From: a virus
Taxonomy: Duplodnaviria > Caudoviricetes
DNA: 56,448 nucleotides
Virus record (IMG/VR): IMGVR_UViG_3300046804_006442
Location: 1-56,448 of that record
Direction: 5' to 3' (one strand)
Under the pieces are notes generated by a model. That model did not search any database and was not told where the DNA came from. It saw only the letters and a program-made list of their open reading frames with translations. The position numbers and the translations under genes were made by a program. This document shows, one piece after another, positions 26,117 to 34,501 of the stretch (position 1 is its first letter; each line of letters opens with the position of its first letter).

Positions 26117-26177
26117 TTGACCTGTAGCGTCAACTCACATATACTAGAGACTATTGCAGTAAACGTTCTTTTACAAA
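26117..26177 (+). promoter_or_regulatory. sigma70 promoter plus boxA-like site
   Basis: TTGACC-17 nt-TATACT; CGTTCTTTTACAA about 20 nt downstream. Confidence 0.65.
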
Positions 26178-26185
26178 TTAGGAAT

Positions 26186-27085
26186 TAGGGGAGTTTGATC
26201 TCCTCCCGAAGCGAAAGCCTAGGGGAAGGATAAGCCTGGTGACAGGCCCAAAGCGGTAGCGTCCTACACGCCCGCGCTGGCAACAGTCCGATCAAGCAAG
26301 CCTGCTCACTGTGGTGACACAGCGATCACTGATAAGACCGGTGGTTGTAACAGCAAAGCTGGTGCGGGGGGAACGACACATATCGACTGGCCCGCAAGGG
26401 AACCAGGGTATGTGAAAAGTAACGGGTGGTGCCGACTTCCCAGCAAAACCAATCAGCTAACTGGTATGAGAAAGGGTAGTGCAAGGGTCCAAGGGGTCGC
26501 TCCCAAGGGCTGGTTGTGCAGTCGGAGTGGTTGGTGGATAGGCCGAGACCGGAGTAAAATCCGTATGCCGACGACACTGATCGCGAAAGACGTCTGAGTA
26601 GCCCGCGGGGCCAAAGGAACGTGGTGTGTTGTATCGTGTATTCCAAAAGAGTGCGCGGCAACAGGAACGGCACATCACAGTAGGTTGATATAGCTCAATG
26701 GTAGAGCAACTCCATTTAAAGGAGTCGGCTGTGGGTTTCGATACTCACTATCGATTAAAAATGCAAAGCCCGTTCCCGGTAATAACGAAAATGGCCTAAT
26801 ACTTGACACGCAAGTGAATCAAGTTACTCAAATGCCGCAAGCAGATGAGCATTGACTAGGATAGTGTCGTAAGAGTTTAGCGACTTTGAACTGCTCGCAA
26901 GGCAGACGAAACTTGAATAATCGAGTAGTTATTACTGTAACGAGAAACGCAACTCGTCAAATGCGGCCATGGTATCAGACTTACTTACCGCAAGGGAGTA
27001 AGTGGATGATGGAGGAAAGTTTCCCGCAAGGAAATTATAATCTCCTGAAGTGATACTGCGATTCTGTGTAATCTCAGCAGATTCA
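26186..27085 (+). ncRNA. GOLLD-like giant structured RNA (~900 nt)
   Basis: No + strand coding; many GCAA/GAAA-capped hairpins; internal tRNA-like module; own promoter; tRNA-array context typical of GOLLD; boundaries approximate. Confidence 0.6.
26683..26756 (+). tRNA. tRNA-like module with TTA anticodon embedded in the large RNA
   Basis: TAGCTCAATGGTAGAGC D-arm, ACTCC-ATTTAAA-GGAGT, T-like arm, no CCA. Confidence 0.6.
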
Positions 27086-27162
27086 CCTTTCCGTTATAAA
27101 TAATAGTGTAGTTCGCGGGATTGGCGTCCCCAACTACTCTAATGCTTAGACGGAGCACCAGG

Positions 27163-27729
27163 ATGTGTATTTACTGTAATACAAAAAACTACCGTAAGAT
27201 CTACGAAAACCATATCGGTCCTATTACTTTAGATTGTGATGGGCGTAGTTTAGAAATCCATCACTGTGATGGAAATCATAATAATAACCATCCAGATAAT
27301 CTCAAACTGGTGACTATACAAGAACATTATGAAATTCATCGTTCTCAAGGAGATTGGGCGGCATGTAAACTAATTTCAAGCAGAATGCGTATTTCAATTC
27401 AAGAACATAAACAGGAACTAAGTCGTGCAACAACTGAGGCAAATTTGCAAAGAGTCAAGGACGGAATTCATCCGTTTATTGGCCCAATGTTGAATCAATC
27501 TAGGATTGAAAAAGGCACTCATAACTTTTTAGGTCCCGAAAATAATAGAAAAAGAGTGATAGAAGGCAAACATAATTTTCTCGGTAAATCAAATACACAA
27601 AAGCAATTAGCAGAAGGAAAACATCCTTCTCAAAAGACTTGGAAATGTCCTTATTGTAATAAAGAAGGTCGTGGTACAGGGATATATTCAAGATATCATG
27701 GTAATAAATGTAAGTTCAAAACAATCTAG
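27163..27729 (+). CDS. HNH homing endonuclease
   Basis: AT-rich; YRKIYE, EIHHCDGNHNNNHPDNL..EH..IH; repeated G.HNF; terminal CPYC..HGNKCK. Confidence 0.85.
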   Translation: MCIYCNTKNYRKIYENHIGPITLDCDGRSLEIHHCDGNHNNNHPDNLKLVTIQEHYEIHRSQGDWAACKLISSRMRISIQEHKQELSRATTEANLQRVKDGIHPFIGPMLNQSRIEKGTHNFLGPENNRKRVIEGKHNFLGKSNTQKQLAEGKHPSQKTWKCPYCNKEGRGTGIYSRYHGNKCKFKTI

Positions 27730-27802
27730 GGGATTCGCCAAGTGGTAAGGCATCGGATTTTGATTCCGACATTCGGTGGTTCGATCCCATCATCCCCTGC
27801 CA
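27728..27802 (+). tRNA. tRNA-Gln(TTG)
   Basis: TCGGA-TTTTGAT-TCCGA, GCCA. Confidence 0.92.
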
Positions 27803-27820
27803 AAATAACAAAGGAGCCAG

Positions 27821-28033
27821 ATGTACAAAGTCTACTGGACCGATAGTCAAGGTCAATCACATGGTCACGAGCATGACAGCATCACTGAGATGCTGGCGCA
27901 TAGCCGACGTCTGCGTGAACAACCGGGCATGAGGTTCATAACCACAGTGGGAGAAGATCCCAACTGTACAAGTCTGCAGGGCGCCACAGATGTGCCCGGC
28001 GATTACACATGGATGAAACGGAGAACTCGATGA
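27821..28033 (+). CDS. hypothetical protein
   Basis: AAGGAG SD; YTWMKRR end. Confidence 0.75.
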   Translation: MYKVYWTDSQGQSHGHEHDSITEMLAHSRRLREQPGMRFITTVGEDPNCTSLQGATDVPGDYTWMKRRTR

Positions 28034-28117
28034 AACGAGGTAAACGCTAGTGTCATCCTAGATCCCATCGTATGGTCTAGGGTTGGCACGTTAAATCAAC
28101 TCTATACGATCAACGAT

Positions 28118-28205
28118 GGGACTGTAGTCGAGTGGCTGAAGACACCGGACTTTTAATCCGGCATCCGAAAGGACATCGTGGGTTCGAATCCCACCGGTCC
28201 CACCA
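28118..28205 (+). tRNA. tRNA-Lys(TTT) with long variable arm
   Basis: CCGGA-CTTTTAA-TCCGG; TCC-GAAA-GGA V-arm; ACCA. Confidence 0.85.
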
Positions 28206-28211
28206 TCAAAC

Positions 28212-28286
28212 GGGGTGTAAACTTTGATGGTGAAGTCCTGCCTCTTAAGCAGCGAGAACCCAGTTCGAGTCTGGGCCACCCCACCA
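28212..28286 (+). tRNA. tRNA-Lys(CTT)
   Basis: CTGC-CTCTTAA-GCAG, CCA. Confidence 0.85.
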
Positions 28287-28292
28287 ATTCCA

Positions 28293-28368
28293 GCCCTGTT
28301 AGCTCACCGGGTAGAGCGCCTGTTTCGTAAATAGGAGGTAGGCAGTTCGAGACTGTCACAGGGCACCA
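28293..28368 (+). tRNA. tRNA-Thr(CGT)
   Basis: CCTGT-TTCGTAA-ATAGG, CCA. Confidence 0.92.
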
Positions 28369-28374
28369 AATTCA

Positions 28375-28403
28375 TTGACATCCAGGTCCGGAGTCAGTAT
28401 AAT
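28375..28403 (+). promoter_or_regulatory. consensus sigma70 promoter, likely leaderless mRNA
   Basis: TTGACA-17 nt-TATAAT; ATG 7 nt after the -10 box. Confidence 0.8.
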
Positions 28404-28409
28404 TACTAG

Positions 28410-28910
28410 ATGACCCAACTAATACATACTCTTGACCCTGCATTACTTGCCGAAGGACTGCCAGACACTCGCTATGACGAGTCTCCTTTCCGCAATCTCA
28501 AAACCCTGGGACCTAGAACCAAAGGCACTAGATTTGAAAATATAACCATAGCTCTCATGCAACAGCTGGGCCATAGTTACAAAAAACGCATTGGTACCGA
28601 TAATGATGCGGTATTCGATGAGGTCTGTTACGAGATCAAGGGTAGCCTACTAGGGCGAGACCATAACAAATTTACTTTCCTCCAAATCAGACCTGATCAA
28701 AACTATGATGCTATACTTTTTTCTATGTTTTATCCGCATCGAGTTATTCTCATGACCATGGATAAATCAACTGTCATAAAAAATATTTCTTCCAAGATAT
28801 TTAAAAAACAGCATGGCGGGGCCAAGGCAAATTCTGGCACCTATAGCTATTACGGAAACGAGAATACCCTGGCGCAGATCGGTGCTCGGATTTTACATGA
28901 AATTGAGTAA
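28410..28910 (+). CDS. PD-(D/E)xK restriction endonuclease-like protein
   Basis: KGTRFE, DAVFD..YEIKGS, FLQIR; overlaps a methyltransferase. Confidence 0.65.
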   Translation: MTQLIHTLDPALLAEGLPDTRYDESPFRNLKTLGPRTKGTRFENITIALMQQLGHSYKKRIGTDNDAVFDEVCYEIKGSLLGRDHNKFTFLQIRPDQNYDAILFSMFYPHRVILMTMDKSTVIKNISSKIFKKQHGGAKANSGTYSYYGNENTLAQIGARILHEIE

Positions 28911-29826
28911 GGATATCACCACAGCTGAATTGATGGCCATGGACTATCGCTATCACTACAGCGATCTAGAATTGATCAACGATTGGCAACGTCTCTGCAC
29001 TACCACGCAATACAAAACCGGTAGCCAATTCCGTCCGGGTATCAAACTATGCCATCACTTCTTCCCCAACTTTTGGGAGATCCAGAACCGGCGCGGTGTG
29101 AGCTTTGCCACTGCTTGGCAGGATCCCAAGGTCATGGATCGTGTGCGACAGTGGGGGCTGGAAGGCATGAGCCAGCTGTGGTTGAGCTGGATACGCCGGG
29201 CCGTGTTCTTGAATGCGGGACTTTGCAACAGTAGTTTCTATAGGCCACATCTGGCACGTCAGATCGTGATGAGTACCGACATCAAAGAAGGTGTAGTGTT
29301 TGATCCCTGTGCCGGCTGGGGTGGACGCATGCTGGGCACAGTGAGCGCGGGCTGGCGCTATGTGGCCTGCGAACCCAATCCCACTACATTTGACAATCTG
29401 CAGCGCATGGTAGATTTTTTGGGCATCGGTTCCTGCGTAGAGTTACATTGCCAACCCGCGGAACAGTTTGATATCGAGAGTTTGGATCGGGTAGATGTGG
29501 TGCTGACTTCGCCGCCCTACTTCAATCTTGAGATCTACAGCCAGGATCCGGATCAATGCTATAACCAATGGAACGATTGGACCGCGTGGAGAGACCAATG
29601 GTTTGAACCATTGGTACGACGATGCCAGCAGAAATTGAGCAGCGGTGGTCTCAGCTGCTGGAATGTCATGAACGTAAACCGTTGTGATCTCGTGGGGGTG
29701 ATTGAAAACACCCACAGCGATCTCCAGCAATGGGAACATGTCCGGGATGTGGGATTCCGTACACCCTTGGCCAATCTAAGAACTTTGAAGAATACCGACG
29801 TCACTAGATGTTACCGACGACGGTAG
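28897..29826 (+). CDS. amino (N4-C/N6-A) DNA methyltransferase
   Basis: FDPCAGWGGR SAM motif then LTSPPYF catalytic motif. Confidence 0.88.
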   Translation: MKLSKDITTAELMAMDYRYHYSDLELINDWQRLCTTTQYKTGSQFRPGIKLCHHFFPNFWEIQNRRGVSFATAWQDPKVMDRVRQWGLEGMSQLWLSWIRRAVFLNAGLCNSSFYRPHLARQIVMSTDIKEGVVFDPCAGWGGRMLGTVSAGWRYVACEPNPTTFDNLQRMVDFLGIGSCVELHCQPAEQFDIESLDRVDVVLTSPPYFNLEIYSQDPDQCYNQWNDWTAWRDQWFEPLVRRCQQKLSSGGLSCWNVMNVNRCDLVGVIENTHSDLQQWEHVRDVGFRTPLANLRTLKNTDVTRCYRRR

Positions 29827-29833
29827 AGGAATA

Positions 29834-29909
29834 CGGTGTGTAGCTCAGTTGGCAGAGCGCGACGTTTGGGACGTTGAGGCCGGGAGTTCGAGACTCTCCA
29901 CACCGACCA
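29834..29909 (+). tRNA. tRNA-Pro(TGG)
   Basis: CGACG-TTTGGGA-CGTTG, CCA. Confidence 0.93.
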
Positions 29910-29914
29910 ACATT

Positions 29915-29991
29915 GCCCCTGTACGCCAGTGGACTAGACTACCTCGCTTCGAACGAGGGAGACGGAGGTTCGAATCCTTCCAGGGGCGCCA
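29915..29991 (+). tRNA. tRNA-Arg(TCG)
   Basis: CCTCG-CTTCGAA-CGAGG, CCA. Confidence 0.9.
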
Positions 29992-30064
29992 GTTTTGCCA
30001 GATCGGTCGCGCCGGCAGCAGCGACCATCTATAATCACTCTAACATCAATACACAAGGAAAAAT

Positions 30065-30628
30065 ATGAACATCAGCCTACGCCGCGCAGCGGCCCTGCAA
30101 GCCAGCATACACGACGCCATCCGCGAGATCCGCTTGGTGCGTTCGATCCGACTCAACGAATTCCAAGCAGCCGAACCCCAGCTTCTCCAGGCCTGCGCAA
30201 ATCATCGCACAGGTCTCCAGACTCGTAGCCAGCTCATGGGGGTGTTGTATCAGATCCGCCAGGCCGTGGGGCAAGCCAACGCCGCAGCCGGTATTGGGGA
30301 TCGCCTGGCCCAGGTGGCGCTGCTGGACAAAGAGATCCAGTTCTACAGCGAACTGGCCGGATGCCAGGCCCGCGAAAGCGCCGAGGTTGTTGCCGGCCGG
30401 CTGGACAAGATCCGCAATAGTCCGGCCGAGAGCAGTTACTACCGCGAACCCGTGGTAGAAAGCTCGGTGTTCGATGCCCAGGACATCCAGGATTTCCGCA
30501 AGCTGGTCTCAGAACATCGACGCGTTCGCCAGACCTACCAGGACCAGATCCTGGAGCTCAACGTGCGCACCGAGATCACGCTCTCGGACGAAGCGGTACA
30601 GATCCTCAAGAACGCGAACATCTTGTAA
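30065..30628 (+). CDS. helical/coiled-coil hypothetical protein
   Basis: AAGGA SD; QDQILELNVRTEI C-terminus. Confidence 0.8.
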   Translation: MNISLRRAAALQASIHDAIREIRLVRSIRLNEFQAAEPQLLQACANHRTGLQTRSQLMGVLYQIRQAVGQANAAAGIGDRLAQVALLDKEIQFYSELAGCQARESAEVVAGRLDKIRNSPAESSYYREPVVESSVFDAQDIQDFRKLVSEHRRVRQTYQDQILELNVRTEITLSDEAVQILKNANIL

Positions 30629-30661
30629 CGAGTTTGGACGCAGGGTTCCGGCCCTGCGTCC

Positions 30662-30904
30662 CGGAGAGTGGGAGGAAATGAGGATAGACAGCCAGTACTA
30701 GTTACTGGGTTGGCTTCAAAACCAACAGTGAAAACCATTGGACATGGTACGCGCAGGCGTGCTCCGGGCCGAGATTATTCGATTTGTCAATTGCTGCCCG
30801 GTGATATGCAGGCCCCTGTAGATTGTGCCTTGTGGTTTGTCGACGGTGGACTAATGGTCTGCCCTGTGGATTGTCTAGTCTATTACTCGCTTTCTCGCTC
30901 TCCG
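30662..30904 (+). ncRNA. candidate ~240-nt RNA closed by long terminal stem
   Basis: CGGAGAGTGGGAGG..GAGGATAGAC pairs with GTCTATTACTC..TTTCTCGCTCTCCG, then T-run. Confidence 0.5.
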
Positions 30905-30913
30905 TCTTTTTTT

Positions 30914-30989
30914 GTCCCCGTAGCTCAGTGAATAGAGCGGCTCCGTCCTAAGGAGCGGGTCAGGGGTTTGAATCCTCTCGGGGACGCCA
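30914..30989 (+). tRNA. tRNA-Arg(CCT)
   Basis: GCTCC-GTCCTAA-GGAGC, CCA. Confidence 0.92.
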
Positions 30990-30995
30990 GTATAT

Positions 30996-31072
30996 CCGAG
31001 TATAGCGCAGCCAGGTAGCGTGCCTGTTTCGGGAACAGGAGGTCGTGAGTTCGAATCTCACTACTCGGACCA
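30996..31072 (+). tRNA. tRNA-Pro(CGG)
   Basis: CCTGT-TTCGGGA-ACAGG, CCA. Confidence 0.93.
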
Positions 31073-31077
31073 TGAGA

Positions 31078-31325
31078 ATTGACATCTGACCTATCGCTGC
31101 GATGCGGTTTGTCGTAGAGGAAGTTCAGGGCTGCCACCGAGAACGTATGGGAGACGCGAGTCGGTTGAACCAGCGTGATATGGGCAGCAAGCCAAACAGA
31201 ACCAGGGAATTCTCGGCCTATTGGTTCGGGTTGGTGCACCCGTGATCCGCTGTGAGGCGGGGAGGACAGTGTTTACTGTAGATGAATGATAGGATAAAAC
31301 AGAACCCTGACTACAGGATGTCAAT
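31078..31325 (+). ncRNA. rnpB: minimal RNase P RNA
   Basis: P1 ATTGACATC/GATGTCAAT; P2 CCTATC/GATAGG; CR-I GAGGAAGTTCAGGGC pairing with CR-V AACAGAACCCTGACTA (P4); GCAGCAAG; CR-IV AGATGAATGA. Confidence 0.8.
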
Positions 31326-31337
31326 ATATACATGCAG

Positions 31338-31414
31338 GCCCCGGTGACGGAATTGGTATACGTGTCGGACTCAAAATCCGAATTGTGTGGGTTCGAGTCC
31401 CACCTGGGGCACCA
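31338..31414 (+). tRNA. tRNA-Leu(CAA), short variable loop
   Basis: TCGGA-CTCAAAA-TCCGA, ACCA. Confidence 0.9.
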
Positions 31415-31453
31415 ATAAAAATCAACCGCAGAGATCTGGAAGTTATATAGTTG

Positions 31454-32554
31454 ATGACGATGATTTCCTCGCCCGACAAATTTGGGTATTATACTGCGGG
31501 TGATCTAAAAACCTATAGCAAGATCGAAGCCATAGAATATTCGCTGCGCACCAATCAACCTGTGGCCTGGCGATTCAACGAAGAAACGTTCCAACAAGTG
31601 GATTGGACCCGCGAACCCGCGTGTTCGCTCTGGGACCTATACAAGCGCCGCTGTGCGCAGATCCGTGCGGCCTATGATTATGTGATCCTGATGTATAGTG
31701 GTGGATCCGACAGCCAGAATATGTTGGATGCTTGGATGGATTCAGGATTGCCCTTAGATGAGGTGGCCAGTCTCTGGAGCCTACAGGGCAGCGGAGATCG
31801 ACAGGCATTTTCCGAGGCCGAGGTAGCCAATGTGGTGCTGCCCAAGATGGAAAAATTACCGGTACGATTCCGACTCATCGATCAGACCACCCTGATATTT
31901 GATTACCTCAATCAGCTACGAGATGATTGGCAATATACGATCAATCGCCATCTCAGTCCCAACAACGGTGCCAGAGCATTGTTACGTACTCATATCAAAG
32001 AGTGGGCCGATATAATCGCGGCCGGGAAAAGGCTATGTATAGTCTGGGGATCAGAAAAACCCAGGTTTGATGATGACGTCGTGACTTTCATGGACATAGT
32101 CGACAACTGTGTCAGTCCATATGTGCAGAGAAAGTATCAGGACGGTTGGTATGATGAACTATTCTACTGGACTCCCGACCTGCCAGAGTTATTGGTAAAG
32201 CAGGCACATACGATACGACGTTTCTTATCAATCCCCCAAGAACTTCCGGGATTTTACAAACCAGGAAAAGACTACTACGGTCGTAATACCGGGTTGGACA
32301 AATATCTGACTGCCAAGGGTGTCAGGCATCTCATATATCCAACATGGAACGATGACACTTTCACAGTGGGCAAGAGTTCAAACAACGTATTCGCCGACCG
32401 TGACCGATGGTTCTGGCGCGGTAATACCGCGGAATCCCTGTTGTTTGGAGAGATCGTAAAGTCCACATTCAATATCATGCTGGGTGATAGCGACCTGGCA
32501 TTGATCGACGCATATCAAAAGAAACTCATGTTCAGCGGCGCATATCGCATATGA
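31454..32554 (+). CDS. adenine nucleotide alpha hydrolase (PP-loop) protein
   Basis: ILMYSGGSDS PP-loop; GSEKP; ELFYW. Confidence 0.7.
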   Translation: MTMISSPDKFGYYTAGDLKTYSKIEAIEYSLRTNQPVAWRFNEETFQQVDWTREPACSLWDLYKRRCAQIRAAYDYVILMYSGGSDSQNMLDAWMDSGLPLDEVASLWSLQGSGDRQAFSEAEVANVVLPKMEKLPVRFRLIDQTTLIFDYLNQLRDDWQYTINRHLSPNNGARALLRTHIKEWADIIAAGKRLCIVWGSEKPRFDDDVVTFMDIVDNCVSPYVQRKYQDGWYDELFYWTPDLPELLVKQAHTIRRFLSIPQELPGFYKPGKDYYGRNTGLDKYLTAKGVRHLIYPTWNDDTFTVGKSSNNVFADRDRWFWRGNTAESLLFGEIVKSTFNIMLGDSDLALIDAYQKKLMFSGAYRI

Positions 32555-33402
32555 AAATCCTAGTTTTGTTTTTGTGTTTACTCACCGGTGTTTGCCATGC
32601 GGAAAAATCCGCGATCTACGTTTCAAATCCGCCCGGGGGTATCAGTGATCTTCTAGCTAGATTCATCGCCAAGAATCGACGCGATACCATGGTGGTCAAT
32701 ATACCCGGAGCTCTGACCCAACAGGCCCCAAAACAGGCGTTCCAGACTCACCAGCCGCTCATAGTCGAGACCTCAACACTGATCATAGATCCGATCATAT
32801 ACGGCCGTGATCGCACCTATGACATAATCACTAATTTTAAAGAGATAATACTACTGGGCACGGCACCTAACGTATTGTTGGTACCAGACAATAATCCAGC
32901 CATCGGCATACAGTCATTCCGTCGCTGGGCCGAAGAATCAAATGTGGACCTGACCTATGCTACCAGCGGATCAATGACTCATATCGCCGCGCTAGAATTG
33001 CTAGAACGATTAGGATTGTCAGGACGGAGGATACCTTATCGCGGTGGTATCAATGCTACCCAAGCAGTTATGCGCAACGAAGTGGTGTTCCATGTTGGCA
33101 ACCTAGTTGGCGCGAAACCAGCATTGGCCACGAAAAAGGTCCGGGGTATAATGTTACCAAAAGAAACGTTCAAGACCCGTGGCTATTATGGTATCGCGTT
33201 CCCACCGGGTATGGCTCCCGAAACTATCGCAGCATGGCGCCAGGTAATATCAGATCTATTTTCCAACAAGGAAACTCGTAGCGAGATCGAACAGTTTGGT
33301 TTTGAAGTGGATCTGGTACAGGGTATCGCGCTGGAACCTTGGATCCGGAAAGAAACCACCTACTACGAAGAAATAATAAAGCGGTACCGGGTCTCAGAGT
33401 AG
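32551..33402 (+). CDS. Bug/TctC tripartite tricarboxylate transporter substrate-binding protein-like
   Basis: Signal peptide; PGGISDLLAR, VVNIPGA, IPYRGG, YGIAFPPG. Confidence 0.8.
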   Translation: MKILVLFLCLLTGVCHAEKSAIYVSNPPGGISDLLARFIAKNRRDTMVVNIPGALTQQAPKQAFQTHQPLIVETSTLIIDPIIYGRDRTYDIITNFKEIILLGTAPNVLLVPDNNPAIGIQSFRRWAEESNVDLTYATSGSMTHIAALELLERLGLSGRRIPYRGGINATQAVMRNEVVFHVGNLVGAKPALATKKVRGIMLPKETFKTRGYYGIAFPPGMAPETIAAWRQVISDLFSNKETRSEIEQFGFEVDLVQGIALEPWIRKETTYYEEIIKRYRVSE

Positions 33403-34242
33403 CCGAATCAAATCGTCTACGATGTCTTGGATGGGTCTTATGGAGGTAATATGATCTATGGCAGTACCACAATACACATGCCCATCACAAAGATCCTTGA
33501 TACCACGCTGTAGCCCCAGGGTATGATTGTTTTCGTCGTCGCTATCGATGATTTTATGTACGATTCCTTGTTTTCCATGACGTCCGAATCTAGTGAGATC
33601 CGCAGAACTGGTCTGGAGCAATTGTTCTTTGGTGACAGCGCTCAATTGGCACTCTTGGCTCATGGCAAATAGTGTTCCTATGGCGACAGCGATCGCACCT
33701 TGATCTAGGTAATATTTTACCTGCTCAGCTGAATGTATCCCGCCCGTTGGTATCACATTTGGCAATAGCGTCTTGAAATAATCGTAGGTATTTTTTAATG
33801 GTTTGATATCACGATTACTCCCCCCAGCACCTTCGGCCCCTTTTATTACATAAGCATCAAACGGTAATTTTAGATTTTTGTGCTCTAAACCACCGCGTAA
33901 TATTACTTTGACGCCGCGTTGCTGTAGTCGATTGACAGCGACAGATATCTGATCTTCGTTATCGGGGGTTAGGTCGTAATATCTGAGAACTTCGACATAT
34001 CTGACGCCCATGTCCACATACCTGCCAATATCTGTCATCAATGCAGTTATAGGTAGCGTCAATATGACGTTGGTTTCATAATAATCTTGTAGATAATCTT
34101 CCAGCTCGGCGTCAGTAATCAATCCCAGCACTATACCAGGCGTTATGCCGGCCGCCGCGGCTGCTCGTATCAATCGCAAATCACTGACATGATTCATGGC
34201 CGCGCATATTATGGGATACTTGCTTGATAAGAATGAACTCAT
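33394..34242 (-). CDS. nitronate monooxygenase/FabK-like FMN oxidoreductase
   Basis: KYPIICAAM, KGAEGAG, PTGGI, GAIAVAIGTLFAMSQE. Confidence 0.8.
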   Translation of the reverse strand: MSSFLSSKYPIICAAMNHVSDLRLIRAAAAAGITPGIVLGLITDAELEDYLQDYYETNVILTLPITALMTDIGRYVDMGVRYVEVLRYYDLTPDNEDQISVAVNRLQQRGVKVILRGGLEHKNLKLPFDAYVIKGAEGAGGSNRDIKPLKNTYDYFKTLLPNVIPTGGIHSAEQVKYYLDQGAIAVAIGTLFAMSQECQLSAVTKEQLLQTSSADLTRFGRHGKQGIVHKIIDSDDENNHTLGLQRGIKDLCDGHVYCGTAIDHITSIRPIQDIVDDLIRLL

Positions 34243-34293
34243 TTTAACATCCTTGGGATGATATTTATAGAGGCATTCTAAACATCGTTTTGA

Positions 34294-34322
34294 TTGACCG
34301 ACTCAACGTCTTACTATATAAT
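34294..34322 (+). promoter_or_regulatory. sigma70 promoter
   Basis: TTGACC-17 nt-TATAAT immediately before tRNA-Val. Confidence 0.7.
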
Positions 34323-34328
34323 TACACT

Positions 34329-34404
34329 GGGTCCTTAGATTAGAGGCTAAATCATCACGTCGACATCGTGAAGACCACTGGTTCGATTCCAGTAGGACCT
34401 ACCA
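34329..34404 (+). tRNA. tRNA-Val(GAC) with C33
   Basis: TCACG-TCGACAT-CGTGA, ACCA. Confidence 0.88.
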
Positions 34405-34405
34405 A

Positions 34406-34482
34406 GGGGACATAGCTCAGCTGGGACGAGCGCTTCGATGGCATCGAAGAGGTCCGGGGTTCGATCCCCCGTGTCTCCACCA
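34406..34482 (+). tRNA. tRNA-Ala(GGC)
   Basis: G3-U70, CTTCG-ATGGCAT-CGAAG, CCA. Confidence 0.93.
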
Positions 34483-34501
34483 TTTTACCAAGGAGAAAGC
34501 A

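Noticed and set aside
26326-26678. ORFs inside the large RNA region
   Set aside because: No motifs or SD; the region is better explained as structured ncRNA.
26186-27085. rRNA fragment or group I/II intron interpretation
   Set aside because: No universal rRNA signature or intron core motifs recognised, and no interrupted host gene.
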